From Haliotis rufescens (lineage: Eukaryota), in NCBI RefSeq assembly GCF_023055435.1, contig NW_025963779.1, positions 60,760,001-60,824,000 on the forward strand: a stretch of DNA of 64,000 nt, given 5' to 3'. The notes beneath the pieces are model-generated. The model was not told the DNA's origin, made no database searches, and saw nothing but the letters and a program-made list of their open reading frames with translations. Shown here in pieces: positions 37,401 to 48,959 of this stretch. How positions within the stretch are numbered: the first letter of the stretch is position 1; the number at the start of each line of letters is the position of its first letter. Both the position numbers and the translations under genes were made by a program.

Positions 37401-38283
37401 ATTACGTCAACTTAGGTTTGTATCATTAAGTTGGTTATATCTTGAATTACATGAATAACATTGAGTAGAAAGAGACGTGTGAAAATGGCTTTCCCATGCC
37501 CTACAGTACTGTTGATGTAAGTGTAACTCTTTTGGAACCTAATACAGACGCTTATGATGACGTTGTGTATTGACTTCACGGTAGTTGTGACATCACAGCT
37601 TAACTGTGATGCCATCAAGTGGACTATCTCAGCTTCCGAAGACGGTTCTCGGCCAGGCAATGGCACGTTTCGTAAAGTGTGAAACACCAAAACAAGAGCG
37701 ACCGCCTCCGTGGTCTAGTGGAAGAGCGTCCGCCCGGAGAGCGGAAGGTCCGGGGTTCGATCACCGGCCGCGTCATACCAAAAGACGTCAAAAGATGGTA
37801 CTTGTTGTTACCCTGTCTGGCGCTCGGCATTAAGGGGCTAAAACAAGGACTGGTCGGCTCGGAGTCAGTATACTGTGTCTGAGTGGGGTATTCATGTTAA
37901 ACTGTGGCATGATATCTCAGTGTGCTAGCACTATAAATCGGCATCAGTCCGGACTAGTACAAGCAGCCACGTCGCTATATAAGTGCAATAATCTTGGACG
38001 CGACGTTAAACCCAATTTCACCTCACCTCACCACCAATACAAGCGCCACGATACCATTACTAATATTGTATAGAGTGTGTGAGTGAGTGACTGAACGATA
38101 CTTCACACCGCATTATAGTTTACTAAAAAGACTTATTTTGAATTTTCAATGTCAATTGTGACAGACAGAAAGGCAGATACTGGTAAAAAGGGTGTACTTA
38201 CTGTTAGCAATACTGAAGGGACACATGACTTTACACGTAGCTAAGCCAAAGGTTAGCAGCGACAGGAGGAACATCCACAGCAT
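23034..38283 (-). CDS. Multi-exon GRL101-like / relaxin-receptor-type LGR GPCR with N-terminal 2x vWA + C-type lectin + ~6 LDLa + LRR + 7TM (whole CDS span; final coding exon unresolved)
   Basis: Exons with canonical GT-AG sites and matching phases: 38283-38202, 37109-36543, 35791-35234, 34930-34742, 33533-33449, 32762-32602, 31802-31659, 31068-30955, 29994-29875, 27176-27015 (or -26877), 26739-26650, 26285-26169, 25822-24278, 23158-23034. The sum is 4059 nt (1353 codons) with no stop seen. Confidence 0.85.
23943..24056. mobile_element. Short MITE (Harbinger-like ends)
   Basis: GGCCCACTTGCACAAA / TTTGTACAAGTGGGCC inverted ends. Confidence 0.6.
24278..25822 (-). CDS. GPCR exon 13: last LDLa, LRR-NT, LRRs, hinge, TM1-TM6
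   Basis: CPFFFRC...[16 protein letters not shown]; LxxLxLSxN repeats; hinge LCC...SSCKDLM; [21 protein letters not shown]; GTGAGT donor. Confidence 0.95.
26169..26285 (-). CDS. GPCR exon 12: LDLa module
   Basis: [36 protein letters not shown]; phase 1-1. Confidence 0.92.
26650..26739 (-). CDS. GPCR exon 11: Cys-containing linker
   Basis: cctttag acceptor, GTAAGT donor, 90 nt open in phase 1-1 ([29 protein letters not shown]). Confidence 0.7.
27015..27176 (-). CDS. GPCR exon 10: LDLa-like module (3' boundary ambiguous)
   Basis: [32 protein letters not shown]; phase-1 donors available after 27015 (GTATGT) or after 26877 (GTAACT). Confidence 0.75.
27287..27326 (-). ncRNA. Minimal type-I hammerhead ribozyme, copy 1 (intact core)
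   Basis: Minus strand reads CAC-CTGATGA-G-GGAGTA-AGCATA-TACTCC-GAAAC-GTT-GTG: stem I CAC/GTG, perfect 6-bp stem II, palindromic AACGTT stem III. Confidence 0.8.
27334..27373 (+). ncRNA. Minimal hammerhead ribozyme, copy 2 (core variant CCGATGA)
   Basis: CAC-CCGATGA-A-GGAGTA-AGCATA-TACTCC-GAAAC-GTT-GTG. Confidence 0.65.
27411..27450 (+). ncRNA. Minimal hammerhead ribozyme, copy 3
   Basis: CAC-CTGATGA-GAGAGTA-AGCATA-TACTTC-GAAAC-GTT-GTG, 77 bp downstream of copy 2. Confidence 0.75.
27620..29083 (-). mobile_element. Decayed Tc1-family transposon in a GPCR intron
   Basis: Remnant [13 protein letters not shown]...[13 protein letters not shown]; degenerate TIRs ACTCTTCAAAAAGGTAGGGGAT / ATCCCCCTTTTTAGAGT. 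Confidence 0.8.
29525..29866. mobile_element. TA-flanked MITE (Tc1/mariner superfamily)
   Basis: TA-CCGTAT...TAATAAGCGC at left and GCGCTTATTA...ATACGG-TA at right. Confidence 0.75.
29875..29994 (-). CDS. GPCR exon 9: LDLa module
   Basis: [35 protein letters not shown]; phase 1-1. Confidence 0.92.
30548..30669 (-). mobile_element. pogo/Tigger-like MITE terminus
   Basis: Reverse complement TA-CAGTCAAGTCCCATTAATCCGAC... matches 21857-21978. Confidence 0.65.
30955..31068 (-). CDS. GPCR exon 8: LDLa module
   Basis: [35 protein letters not shown]; phase 1-1. Confidence 0.92.
31659..31802 (-). CDS. GPCR exon 7: LDLa module
   Basis: [30 protein letters not shown]; phase 1-1. Confidence 0.88.
31840..32290. 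repeat. 45-bp minisatellite (~10 copies), intronic
   Basis: AACTTACAAATGTAAGATTGTTTTATACAGCTTCAAGACTTAGAT. Confidence 0.95.
32602..32762 (-). CDS. GPCR exon 6: C-type lectin domain, C-terminal part
   Basis: W|[18 protein letters not shown]...GWYDMGC...VLCE; phase 2-1. Confidence 0.87.
33449..33533 (-). CDS. GPCR exon 5: C-type lectin domain, middle part
   Basis: [29 protein letters not shown]; phase 1-2. Confidence 0.85.
34220..34520 (+). mobile_element. SINE family C with (CA)n(GA)n expansion
   Basis: Body and tail match the 37700 copy. Confidence 0.8.
34742..34930 (-). CDS. GPCR exon 4: C-type lectin domain, N-terminal part
   Basis: Translates [14 protein letters not shown]...[19 protein letters not shown]...EDEFI...VYIG; not in the ORF track. 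Confidence 0.88.
35234..35791 (-). CDS. GPCR exon 3: von Willebrand factor A domain 2
   Basis: ttttatttag acceptor, GTAAGT donor, 558 nt, phase 1-1; LDVAIVLD...GDR...IIVITD...[10 protein letters not shown]...LCP. Confidence 0.88.
36045..36425. repeat. 29-bp minisatellite (~13 copies), intronic
   Basis: CAGTTACATCTTAAATTGACTTTCTATTT variants. Confidence 0.9.
36543..37109 (-). CDS. GPCR exon 2: von Willebrand factor A domain 1
   Basis: ttttgcag acceptor, GTAAGT donor, 567 nt, phase 1-1; DVVFMV...IGIITYSD...GSNITDAL...LAVLVT...VIVVALG. Confidence 0.88.
37700..38031 (+). mobile_element. tRNA-derived SINE family C, full length (probable Meta central domain)
   Basis: A box GTGGTCTAGTGG, B box GGTTCGATCAC, central GTCATACCAAAAGAC...GCTCGGCATTAAGGG, CACCT tail, imperfect 15-bp TSD. 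The Meta assignment is from memory of the consensus. Confidence 0.85.
38202..38283 (-). CDS. GPCR exon 1: signal peptide
   Basis: [27 protein letters not shown], then a GTAAGT donor in phase 1 matching the next exon. Confidence 0.75.
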
Positions 38284-39979
38284 TATCAGGCTCGGTGATG
38301 TCTGAAAGTGAACAGAATGAACCTGACTAAAGTTTGTAAATAGATGTGGTTGATTTTCATTCGTGACCAATTCGTGTTATTCCGCGACAAGCCGAATAGC
38401 GACTCGTGCCCCTCTCATGGCCATTTTTGCGACTGGGTTCCGTCTTACCGCAAACGGGCATACCTAAAACAATTGTCAACTCGTTGCGTAATGGTTCACA
38501 TATATTTCCCCATATATTATATATATTTCAGATGCAATTTAAAGCACATCGGGACGTGTGGAAATATACAGTATGATTGAACACATTTAACTGTGTCTTG
38601 GGTATATTTTTAGATTCAGGACATATGTAAAATCAAAAATTATTTCTGAGGGATTATTTGACAAAGTACTCGAAATCATACGCGCATTCTGATTGGTTTG
38701 TCGTATTTTCGCACATAACATTCATCGATAGGGGGACGATTCTTCTTGCAGGGGTTACGGAAAGGGGCGAGTGGTGACGAATGGGTTGATTTTGCGTCAT
38801 TTGACAAGAATCCGTATATTTAAAGCATGAATGGTTTCTTTCTCTTGTTCGTAGTAGTAAAGTTCATTTCTGAAGTATAGTTTATTTCTGTACAGAAGGT
38901 CACCGGCCCATAGTACATAATATCTTTGGGAATTGTTTGATTATAAAATTTTATAACATTAAATGATATATGAATATAGAAATATTTTTGACAGTACAGA
39001 TATGGTGCGAAGAAAACAGTTGAAGAGTTGGGTTTCATACAGTTCGTGTTTAAAGTACTTTCTTCACAGACATTCATATTTACTTCATATTTATTTAAGT
39101 GTGTTAACATTTAAGCATCATTGTTTACACAATTTCATTTCTCTTGGTATATTAAAGCGTCTATCCTGTTGAATCATTATACCATGTGAACTACATCTAA
39201 ACGGGACCAGTGCAACTCTAAACCTTTTCAGATATTATGTCAAAGAAATATCTTTCGGTGTAGATATGGAATTTGAAGCAAATATGAAGAGTATTGTCAT
39301 GGTGCAAGTACAATTGAAGACCAGTTTTGAGAATATATATTCAAAAGTCTTTGACGTATATCCGATATAAAAATATAAACACACTTTGGTACATGTACTT
39401 GCTAAGCTTGCCAAATCTACATTTGTTCCGTAGACATTTTACATGATTAGCCCAATTGTGATAGCAATGTCTTTCATATAACATCATATCATAGCATTAC
39501 TTAGGTAATCTGTGACATGACATTAAGCAGTTTCATCCAACACTTCAAAAGTTGAGTATACATTGAAATATGTAAAGCGGTATTCGTCCACATCTGACGT
39601 ACATTGTTGGACAAAAAGAAATCTTTTACATACATGTCGGTAAATCATACATTTCATTGAATAAAGTTATTTAAAACCCTAAATTCAGATCGATACAGAA
39701 GTATTGGCGCAACTTCCGTACGGAATATTTTGAAAACATTTGATAAGAAATATCTTTGCCACTTTGTAAATTTGTGAAATACAAATGTATGCTTTCTTTG
39801 CTTGGGTTGAGGCACTCCTGAAGTGAGCCTTCCGTGATAATCTGTTCGTAAATGTTACTGTTAAATATGATTCCCGACATGGGTACAATGTGTGAAGCCC
39901 ATTTCTGGAGTCCCCCGCCGTAATATTGCTGGAATATTGCTAAAATCGGCGTAAAACCATACTCTCTCACTCACTACTG

Positions 39980-40735
39980 CTAAATATTTACTGGAATGTT
40001 TGACTTTCGCCTTGTAATACCCACATTTCGTTTCTTTTTGAAAGCTTTTCTGAGGTCTTGAATGTTACTTATGATCACATTTTGAGCAAATGTCGTAAGA
40101 CGCTCTTTGAAATCTTCGTAGAACAGGCATGCCCGACTGTACCTCAAAAGTTGTGAAACGTAGACACCAAAGACTGGAACTGCAGGAATATTACTCGACA
40201 TAAAAGGAAAGTTGGCCATTGGAAAGTTGAAGTTATCCCTCTCGTCATAAAGTCTTGTAGAGAAGAATTTTGGTCACTCTGAATCTTTATGCAAAGATGA
40301 AAATCAAAATCAGATGAGTCGGTTTCACTGGTTTTTTATTTCTAGTTCATTTGGGTACATCAGTGAAAGGGGGGCGGCGGTCGGGTAGCATAGTGGTTAA
40401 AGCGTCTGCTCGTCACGCCGAAGACCCGGGTTCGATTCCCGACATGGGTACAATGTGTGAAGCCCATTTCTGGTGTCCCCCGCCGAGATATTGCTGGAAT
40501 ATTGCTAAAAGCGGCGTAAAACCATACTCACTCACACACCAGGGAATTGGTTATTTCATCATTACTGAACGATATCAGATCATCGATAAGCCTGAAGCCT
40601 AAGTTAACATTCTTGGCCAAATTGCCTTGTTTTTATTTTCCATATCAAATTCCGATTCATATGCATAAAGAAACAGATCAGTAAGAAGGGGGGCACAATT
40701 GGTGCCCATGGGAATGCCTATGTTTCATATAGATG
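39980..40735 (-). mobile_element. Decayed Penelope-like element RT (probably Naiad/Chlamys type), interrupted by a SINE
   Basis: GIPMGTNCAP, IDDLI, YDERDNFNFPMANFPFMSSNIP...GVYVSQLLRYSRAC. Confidence 0.75.
40371..40535 (+). mobile_element. SINE family B
   Basis: Near-identical to 48960-49120; sits inside the Penelope-like relic. A partial copy lies at ~39867-39975. Confidence 0.88.
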
Positions 40736-41352
40736 TTATTTGTGTGGAAGTCAAACATTTCACACATTGTTTCATTACAAAACTTCACATGACATTTGTC
40801 CTGAACCTATGAAGATAGAGGTGTAACTATATATGTGGTCACCGCGTAAATAAAAGCGACAGAAAGAAATCTCCTCTAAAAGCAGAGTCAGTTATATCAC
40901 TACATCATGAGCATGTGTTTATGAATCACCTTAACCTGCCCCACCAGTGGCACCTATCACAAACACAAATGTCCCATGGATCAAAAAATGGATTCTTTGT
41001 AAATGGATTTACTTTCCTTTGACGTGTGGGGATAGTGATAAACAAAGATGTAAAAAATCAATTGTTTTGCAAGAATTGGACTGAGCTACTTTCCCCATTG
41101 TACTACAAATGCCAGTTGAGCGAAAAAGTGCCGACGTCTAGTTTCTATTTACAAAAATAAAAGCTACATCCAACGAATATTGCATATAATTTACCACCTT
41201 TACTCTGTATGTACCTGTCGGTTAATGTATTTATTGTTATTAATGTATATATATCTTATTTCTACCTCACATGTTGAAAAGACACATAAATATTAACAAA
41301 TTTAAATGGTTATTTTCATTTTATAACATTGACTTCAGAGCCACTGTGTTGG

Positions 41353-41599
41353 GGGTGAGATGAGGTGAAATGGGGTGTCACGTCGCATCCAAGATTATTG
41401 CACTCATATAGCGACGTGCATGCGTGCGTGCGTGCGTGCGTGTGTGTATGTGTGTACTTGTCGGCACTAATGCCGATTTTATAGTGCTAGCCCACTCAGA
41501 TATCATGCCGCAGTTTAACATAAATGTCTCACTCAGACACAGTGTGGATCACAACAAGTAATATCTTTTAACGTCTTTTGGTATGACGCTGTCGGGTAA
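41353..41599 (-). mobile_element. SINE family C
   Basis: Reverse match; TSD TGTGTTGG; absent at the paralogous site near 53130. Confidence 0.82.
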
Positions 41600-41844
41600 T
41601 GTGTTGGAAATACAACAAATACAATAGAAGTAATAGTGTGTAGGTAATACTCATGAGTGCCGCCCAAGTGAACTCAACACAGTTTGCACATACGTTCCCT
41701 CGTGCTGGCCGCAGTAGCTGACACTGTGAAGTAGGTGTTATTCCATTGTTTCAGATGCCACGTACGTACGTATAGTTATGGCGTAACAACGTCACAGACT
41801 CACCACAAGGAATCTTATTGTATACAGATCCTTTATTACCGGAC

Positions 41845-42060
41845 ACTTAATGTGGGAGCAAAACCCGAAGTGATGCAGGTCTCAGACGTTTACCACTTCG
41901 GTGAAACCCACGAGCACGGGTATCGTGCTGACATACCCAGAAACATAATTGAGGCGAACCTGGATTCGAACACACAATAATAGGTTTCTGGCGTGCCCAA
42001 GGGTCGCAACTCTGCACAGCGAATCGCGGCGCCTTAGACGACTGGGCCACCCGTGCCCCC
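41845..42060 (-). mobile_element. SINE family A, 3'-truncated
   Basis: Reverse complement matches the head and body of 11280-11566. Confidence 0.85.
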
Positions 42061-45000
42061 TATAAGTTATGAAAATATATATGCACATTGTAAATATATA
42101 CACCAATATATATACATAACAAGTAGTTGTTTGACACTATGTTGTGCTCTCTTTTTATAGATTCGATGCAGTTGCATGTTTTCCAAGTTACAGCCTGTTA
42201 CAGCCTTCTGTGCTTGCCTCCTTGGTTACAAAGTATTATCAGCGAACCAGATATCAAAGTAAATATTAAACATCATTCTCATTTGGTGTACAGTCATTAC
42301 AGTTAAGTATGTGAATAGTAATACAGGGCGTGATGGTGACTACATTTGTGACATTGCTGTCTAGGTCCTTTCTAAATTATAAATGGATAATAGGTAAAAG
42401 CTTTCATTTTCTTTCTCTGTGTTTTAAGCACTTCAGTCATGTTGAGAGATTGTTCGTGTGTTGACTGTCTTGTACCATTAGTCAGGTCACTGTTGAATGT
42501 GAATATATCACAATCATGCATCTGGATGGGACTTAGTTATGTCAACATAGATACCTTGGAAAAATACATTGATTTCGTAGTTATGTGCAAAACTGTAAGA
42601 CATTCACAAATATTTATTCTGCTAGAAAACTGATTGAAAACTGTTAGAATAAATATGTTGGGTTTATGTACTTCATACCGTGTTACATAGATAAATTGGC
42701 ATCTTGTATGTTAAGTGTGCTCACATATGTGAAAATGTTTGACTGTCTGAATTAACATTTATTTGACCCTTGCTGTCAAAACCGTCTGAACAGAAACTAA
42801 TTTCCCTCTTGGTAACAACTGTACACCACTTACTGCTGACTTGTTTTGTGACTTAAGAATCAACATTCTCATTTCAGCTGTGGCAAAACAAAACAACTGA
42901 AGTTAACACCCGATCCAATTTAGTCGCTTCTTTGAACACGATATATAGTGTTAGTGACCCTTTCAACCCGGGTGCCAAAGTGGGTTTCTATGTAAATAGG
43001 ATAACCATTCCCTGCCTATCAACATAAGACACCCCAGTGGTTTATGGGACAAAGCGTATGCCCAGAGAGCGGAAAATTGGTTGCTCGAACTCCGGCGGCC
43101 TTTTTCCAGAAGATGTTGAAAGATGGCACTTGGTGTTACTCTGTCCAAGCTTGACATTAAGTGGCTAAATCAAGGACTGTTTGGCTTGACTGATGGAAGT
43201 GATCAGGATCAAATACAAAAATACAGTGGCGATAGCAAAAATCAGTGATGATAGCATATTTACCCAGCAGCGATAATTCGAGATCGCCTAGGCAGGGAAT
43301 CAGAGGGTGATGAGGGTTTTTTTACAAGAAAGCTGGTCTTGATTAATGAAATGTGTGAGAGATGAGAGGGGCACGATCTTGTCGTCTTATATACAATCTA
43401 ATCTTACAGAAATTTCCACACAGTGCCATCACAACACAGAATATTCCACATGTTTCTATAACGCTCTATCACAGTCCACAGTATTCCGAAATTTACTCCA
43501 CACACTAGCATCTAAATATGTTAACTTCCTCACAACTGCTTACATTAAATAGTACTACATTCCAGACAACTAACCATGGTCCAAATACAATGCAATAAGC
43601 TTCTACCGAATCTCAACAGAAACAATGTAACACAGATACAATCATTATTCAACAATAACATGCCATATAACACCAATCATATTTTCACGAAAAGGAAATA
43701 CAAGATTATGGCACTCGTTTCGTAAAATCAGTATGACACACATGCCAGTATAATAATCTCCATTTCCTCTTCCGCTCTCACTTTGAAGTTGACTAAATTT
43801 AACATACGTCACGTAAAATAAAACACTGCACAGTTTTGGATTCCACAGGACACTCTGCACTGTAATAACATTAAGACTTAGTTCATTTCAGGTATTTGAA
43901 ATTCATTTACACCTCAAATAGGACATTTAATATTCTACATTTCCTATAACTACATAACTGCACTATTAGAGGTAGGACCAGTGCCATGCAGCCAGTTCCA
44001 AACACACATACTTTCACAACAAATTAAACGTTATATAGAACGGACCGACACTATAGATAATGAGTTCAGTGTCAATAGTCACAGTCGATTCCTGGAAGAT
44101 TGAATATTCAATAGACAAAGCAAATGACATCATGTTCAAAACAGGGACATAATTTATGAACGAAGGAAACTAATGTTATTGTATCAGGAATCTAAACAAT
44201 GTGTGAATTTGTGTTTGTAGAAAACACTTCAAGAGACAGACAGTCGTTATTGTTTCTAGTTTAACTATTACAATAGACAGCTTACGTGCGAGAGGGGTAT
44301 GCTCCAGGCATATCAACTCATCGGTCTGCATTCTAATTACAATTACAGCTGCCTTGGGAATTTACAACACTCGGATAGAACATTTTCTGTTGGCAGCAAC
44401 TGTATTACTTTCATTAGTGTTTTATGCTTTACATGGTCCACCGTTTCAGACAAGCATAGGACCGATGGAGCCCAGGGGCGGAATAGGGCCCCAGCGCCAC
44501 ATAACAGCACTGGGTTGGGTGATTACAATGTTTGTTCTTTCTGACTGTGTATCCAATGGCGACGTGGGTAGTTGTTCTTGATGTCAACTACTAGTCCGTC
44601 TACCCATGATGTGAGCACTTCAAGCGGATTGCTTTACACCGACTCTGGGTCTATTTCTAATCCAGGTCTGGATGTTGAAGTTATGGCCGTGTGAAATTAG
44701 TATGTGACGGATTAGTGTTATAATTAACTGCCAGTTTGATACTCATCATATCAGGACTGTACATTTGCCTGAATCTAATGTCTTTTGGGCCAACACAAAA
44801 AGGGTTTCTGGATTTTTGGTTTGGACTCAAATGACGCGACAAACTCATTTGCATGATGAACTAACACAGACCCGAACGGTACAGTCTTCACATTCTGGAA
44901 GAAACCCATCGGTGTCTTTGGAAATAGAATGCCTTTTACGCTGAGATGTCGAACCTTTTGACAAGGCTAGTGGACTTCATAATCTCACCAAACCCTTTCA

Positions 45001-45160
45001 ATACACTCACTCACCCACACAGCCTGCGTCATGCGGCAAGCATGTTAGAGTTAGCTGCCCTTGTTCTTGGCCTCAATGCCGCCATTATCTAACTTTCATA
45101 TTGATGACTGCGGTGGAAAGCAACATTCACACACTTATATTAGTATACGTGTGATATATA

Positions 45161-46286
45161 CTGAGTCAAATTAAAGACTTCACATTTGTAAAAGTAATCC
45201 CATATATGATTTACAACGGACAAATGTATCAGAGAAGGTAGTTTTTAATCATTAATGTCCAAAGAAGGATTTTAATTAACGGTGGTAACCATAATTTGTT
45301 CCAACATCAATAACATCAATAGTTTAAATCATAAGTCCTAAGCACGAGAATCTGATGGCACACAAGTTGCCACGGATGACAAGAAGCATGGAACGTGCAT
45401 TGCCACAGAAAGCACCCCACACCATGACACTTCCGCCTCGAAATCTGTCAACTTCCTGTACACAACACTGGGCGTAACGTTCATGACGGCGCCTCCACAC
45501 CCTCGCCCTACCATCAGCAAATCGAAGATTCAATCGGGATTCATCACTGAAGACGACTTGATGCCAATTCCTCTGAGTCCATCGTAAGTGTCGCTGTGCC
45601 CACAATTGACGTTGACGTCTGTGTAATTGAGTCAAAATCGGCCCGCAGTATGTCCGTCGTGCTTGAAGGTGAGCAGTTCTCAGACGGTTTCGAACAGTTT
45701 GCGCACTCAGTCTACCCCTAAACAGTTCATTTCTGGTTGATGTAGCCGTCAAAAATCGGTTACGGAGGTGACGTAAGACAATCTGACGATCCTCTGCATG
45801 TGACGTCACACGTGGTCGACCTGGCCGAGGGCGATCAGCGGTGGTACCCGTTTGCTGTAGACGCGTCTGTAAATCATAAACAGTCCGTCGTCTACAACCC
45901 ATAGTCCTTGCGACTTCAGCTACGGACGTTCCCGTCTGCAACATGCCGATGGCACGTTCACGTTGCACATTTGAAAGGCGTGGCGTGACAAATGGCCGTA
46001 AAGACTTTTGTTTTCTTGTGTTTTTCTTTTTTTTGTTAATGACTGCTAACAAATATGGCTGAAAACACGTGCGGTATTATGGCTTCGTGACCAGTTGCAC
46101 GTGAAAAACCACTTTTGCCACTTTAGTGCTGTGCACATGATTTTGATCGATTCACCTGCACAAAAACGGGCTTTTATCTGAAGACAATACGTGGCCATTA
46201 CTGTTTAAATACACAATAAAGGCCCACAATGATAACTGGTCAAAATGTTAAAATTTTAGGATTGTGAAGTTTTTAATTTGGTTCAG
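45161..46286 (-). mobile_element. Tc1-family DNA transposon, internally deleted copy with both TIRs
   Basis: TIRs CTGAGTCAAATTAAAGACTTCACA / TGTGAAGTTTTTAATTTGGTTCAG flanked by TA; paired-like HTH and first catalytic D present; ~392-bp deletion at an AAC microhomology removes the second D and the E; ATG mutated to ACG. Confidence 0.93.
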
Positions 46287-46294
46287 TAATATTA

Positions 46295-47599
46295 TGCCGT
46301 GTTTTTTCAGCCTTACCTGTTAGCAGTCATTAACAAAAAAAAGAAAAACACAAGAAAACAAAAGTCTTTACGGCCATTTGTCATGCCACGCCTTTCAAAT
46401 GTGCAACGTGAGCGTGCCATCGGCATGTTGCAGACGGGAACGTCCGTAGCTGAAGTCGCAAGGACGATGGGTTGTAGTCGACGGACTGTTTATGATTTAC
46501 AGACGCGTCTACAGCAAACGGGTACCACCGCTGATCGCCCTCGGCCAGGTCGACCACGTGTGACGTCACATGCAGAGGATCGTCAGATTGTCTTACGTCT
46601 TGACGGCTACATCAACCAGAAATGAACTGTTTAGGGGTAGACTGAGTGCGCAAACTGTTCGAAACCGTCTGAGAACTGCTCACCTTCAAGCACGACGGAC
46701 ATACTGCGGGCCGATTTTGACTCAATTACACAGACGTCAACGTCAATTGTGGGCACAGCGACACTTACGATGGACTCAGAGGAATTGGAATCAAGTCGTC
46801 TTCAGTGATGAATCCCGATTTAATCTTCGATTTGTTGATGGTAGGGCGAGGGTGTGGAGGCGCCGTCATGAACGTTACGCCCAGTGTTGTGTACAGGAAG
46901 TTGACAGATTTCGAGGCGGAAGTGTCATGGTGTGGGGTGCTTTCTGTGGCAATGCACGTTCCAGGCTTCTTGTCATCCGTGGCAACCTCAACGCTGCTGC
47001 TTACCGCGATCAGGTACTGGCACCAGAACTTCTGCCTTTTATGGCAGCACATGGACCCGGTTTGATCTTCCAACACGACAATGCCAGACCCCACACAGCA
47101 ATTTTGAAAAGGAATTTCTTTCAGAATGCGGGAGTCAACGTCATGGACTGGCCGTCAAGGTCTCCCGACCTCAATCCCATCGAACACGTCTGGGATGCTC
47201 TTGGCAGAAGTCTGCGCACTCTCCAGAACCAACCACAGAATTTGCAAGATCTTGGCACCATTTTGCAGCAACAATGGCGTCGTCTTCCCAATCATGTGTT
47301 CACAAGCATCACAAGGTCCATCCGGAGGCGTTTTGTGGCAGTTGTCAACGCACATGGTGGCCATACACACTACTGAACTTGTGTGCCATCAGATTCTCGT
47401 GCTTGGGACTTATGATTTAAACTGTTGATGTTATTACCGAATACCGTAGGTGCTTGGAACAAATTATGGTTACCACCGTTAATTAAAATCCTTCTTTGGA
47501 CATTAATGATTAAAAATTACCTTCTCTGATACATTTGTCCGTTGTATATCATATATATGGGATTACTTTTAAAAATGTGAAGTTTTTAATTTGACTCAG
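46295..47599 (+). mobile_element. Tc1-family (DD34E) transposon, 5'-truncated copy with frameshifted transposase
   Basis: ATG at 46383; 17-bp deletion near 46600 shifts the frame; intact FSDES...QHDNA-x34-E (SPDLNPIE); right TIR ends at 47599 followed by TA. Confidence 0.93.
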
Positions 47600-48959
47600 T
47601 AAATATACATTCATTTGTAGTTTCTAAACATTGAGTTCAAGATTTTATTGGGATATCTTATATGTTGGTAAATAAATATTTCTGAACATTAAGGACGAAA
47701 AAATAGATTTAAGTTTTTAGTTATCTTTACAAAATGTAGCTAAAAAAACCTTTTTGGTTTTAGATACTACTTGATTAAAGAACCAAGATAATTACACTGC
47801 ATGACGCCAGGCTAGAATGGTTCATGTGTTTAGATAGGCTACTTGAACGCGTGAGTTAATGCATCGAGATTGTAAATTTCACGGTCATCAATCCCAGTAA
47901 ATCTAAGATTACGCTTCCGTCTCAATACAATTAAGTATGAATCAATAAAAGCATCTGCGCCCCAAGCAGATCGTTATACAAGTGAAATAATTCTTCAAGA
48001 AACTACTTTCTTTTACGCCATCATCAGGAAATTACTCTCTTTCACCTCATCTTCAGGAAAAGGCTCCCTTTCACCTCATCTTCAGGAAAAGGCTCTCTTT
48101 AAGCTCATCTTTCACCTCGTTGTTGATGATGCATGACATCGATCCCAATTGCGTGGCTCGATGCTCATGATATTAATCACTGGACTGTCTAGTCCAGACT
48201 CGATTATTTACAGACCGCCGTCATATAGCTGGTATATTGCTGAGTGCGGCGTTAAACAACAAAGCAACTAAACTAAACCAACAATCTCGTTGTTGAACAC
48301 ATTTTAAAGTATTCAAACCATCTTTCAATCTCAAAAGTATTTTCACATTAATACAAAACACACTTATTTTCTTCAAGGTAGGCCAAAATTATTTTCAAGC
48401 AAAAGCTTGTTTCAAAATTCTCATTTCTTCTGCCGACATGTTTTCTTACAGCATTTCGTAACCTTGAGGATATCCTTATCTCTTCTAAACTTGTTTAAAA
48501 ATGAACATCTCTCTTTAGAATTTGGCATCCCTCGTCATACCACAGCTGACTGATCAGGACATATTACCTGTTTTAAATACGCTCCGGAAAATCAAAGTGC
48601 TTCAACAATATACTAAATGCTATCATCAATGCTGTGTACACGGAATCAAAAGCTCAATCGACGAATGATAAAAAAGGTTGATGATGTCATATCTAATAGA
48701 AATATTTCTTCTTTGTTCATTTTCCATTTGGACCTAAATGAACCAGCCGTGTATTAGAAGAAGTATAGGCTTTAACGGGTAGTGTGTGAAATTACCTTTA
48801 CCCGAGTCACTACCACAGCGGCCATTCATGGTATAAAGTATGTACATTGAGAATTGCACAGAAATCAATAAAACTTCTACCAAACATATTCAAAAAACAT
48901 CTTCAGATGTCCAAGAAAAAATCCCACATTGAATTATCGTTTCCTTCTGAATAGCTTCG

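Noticed and set aside
46570-47376. Intact active transposase gene
   Set aside because: The ORF's N-terminus is out of frame with the true ATG at 46383 because of a 17-bp deletion.
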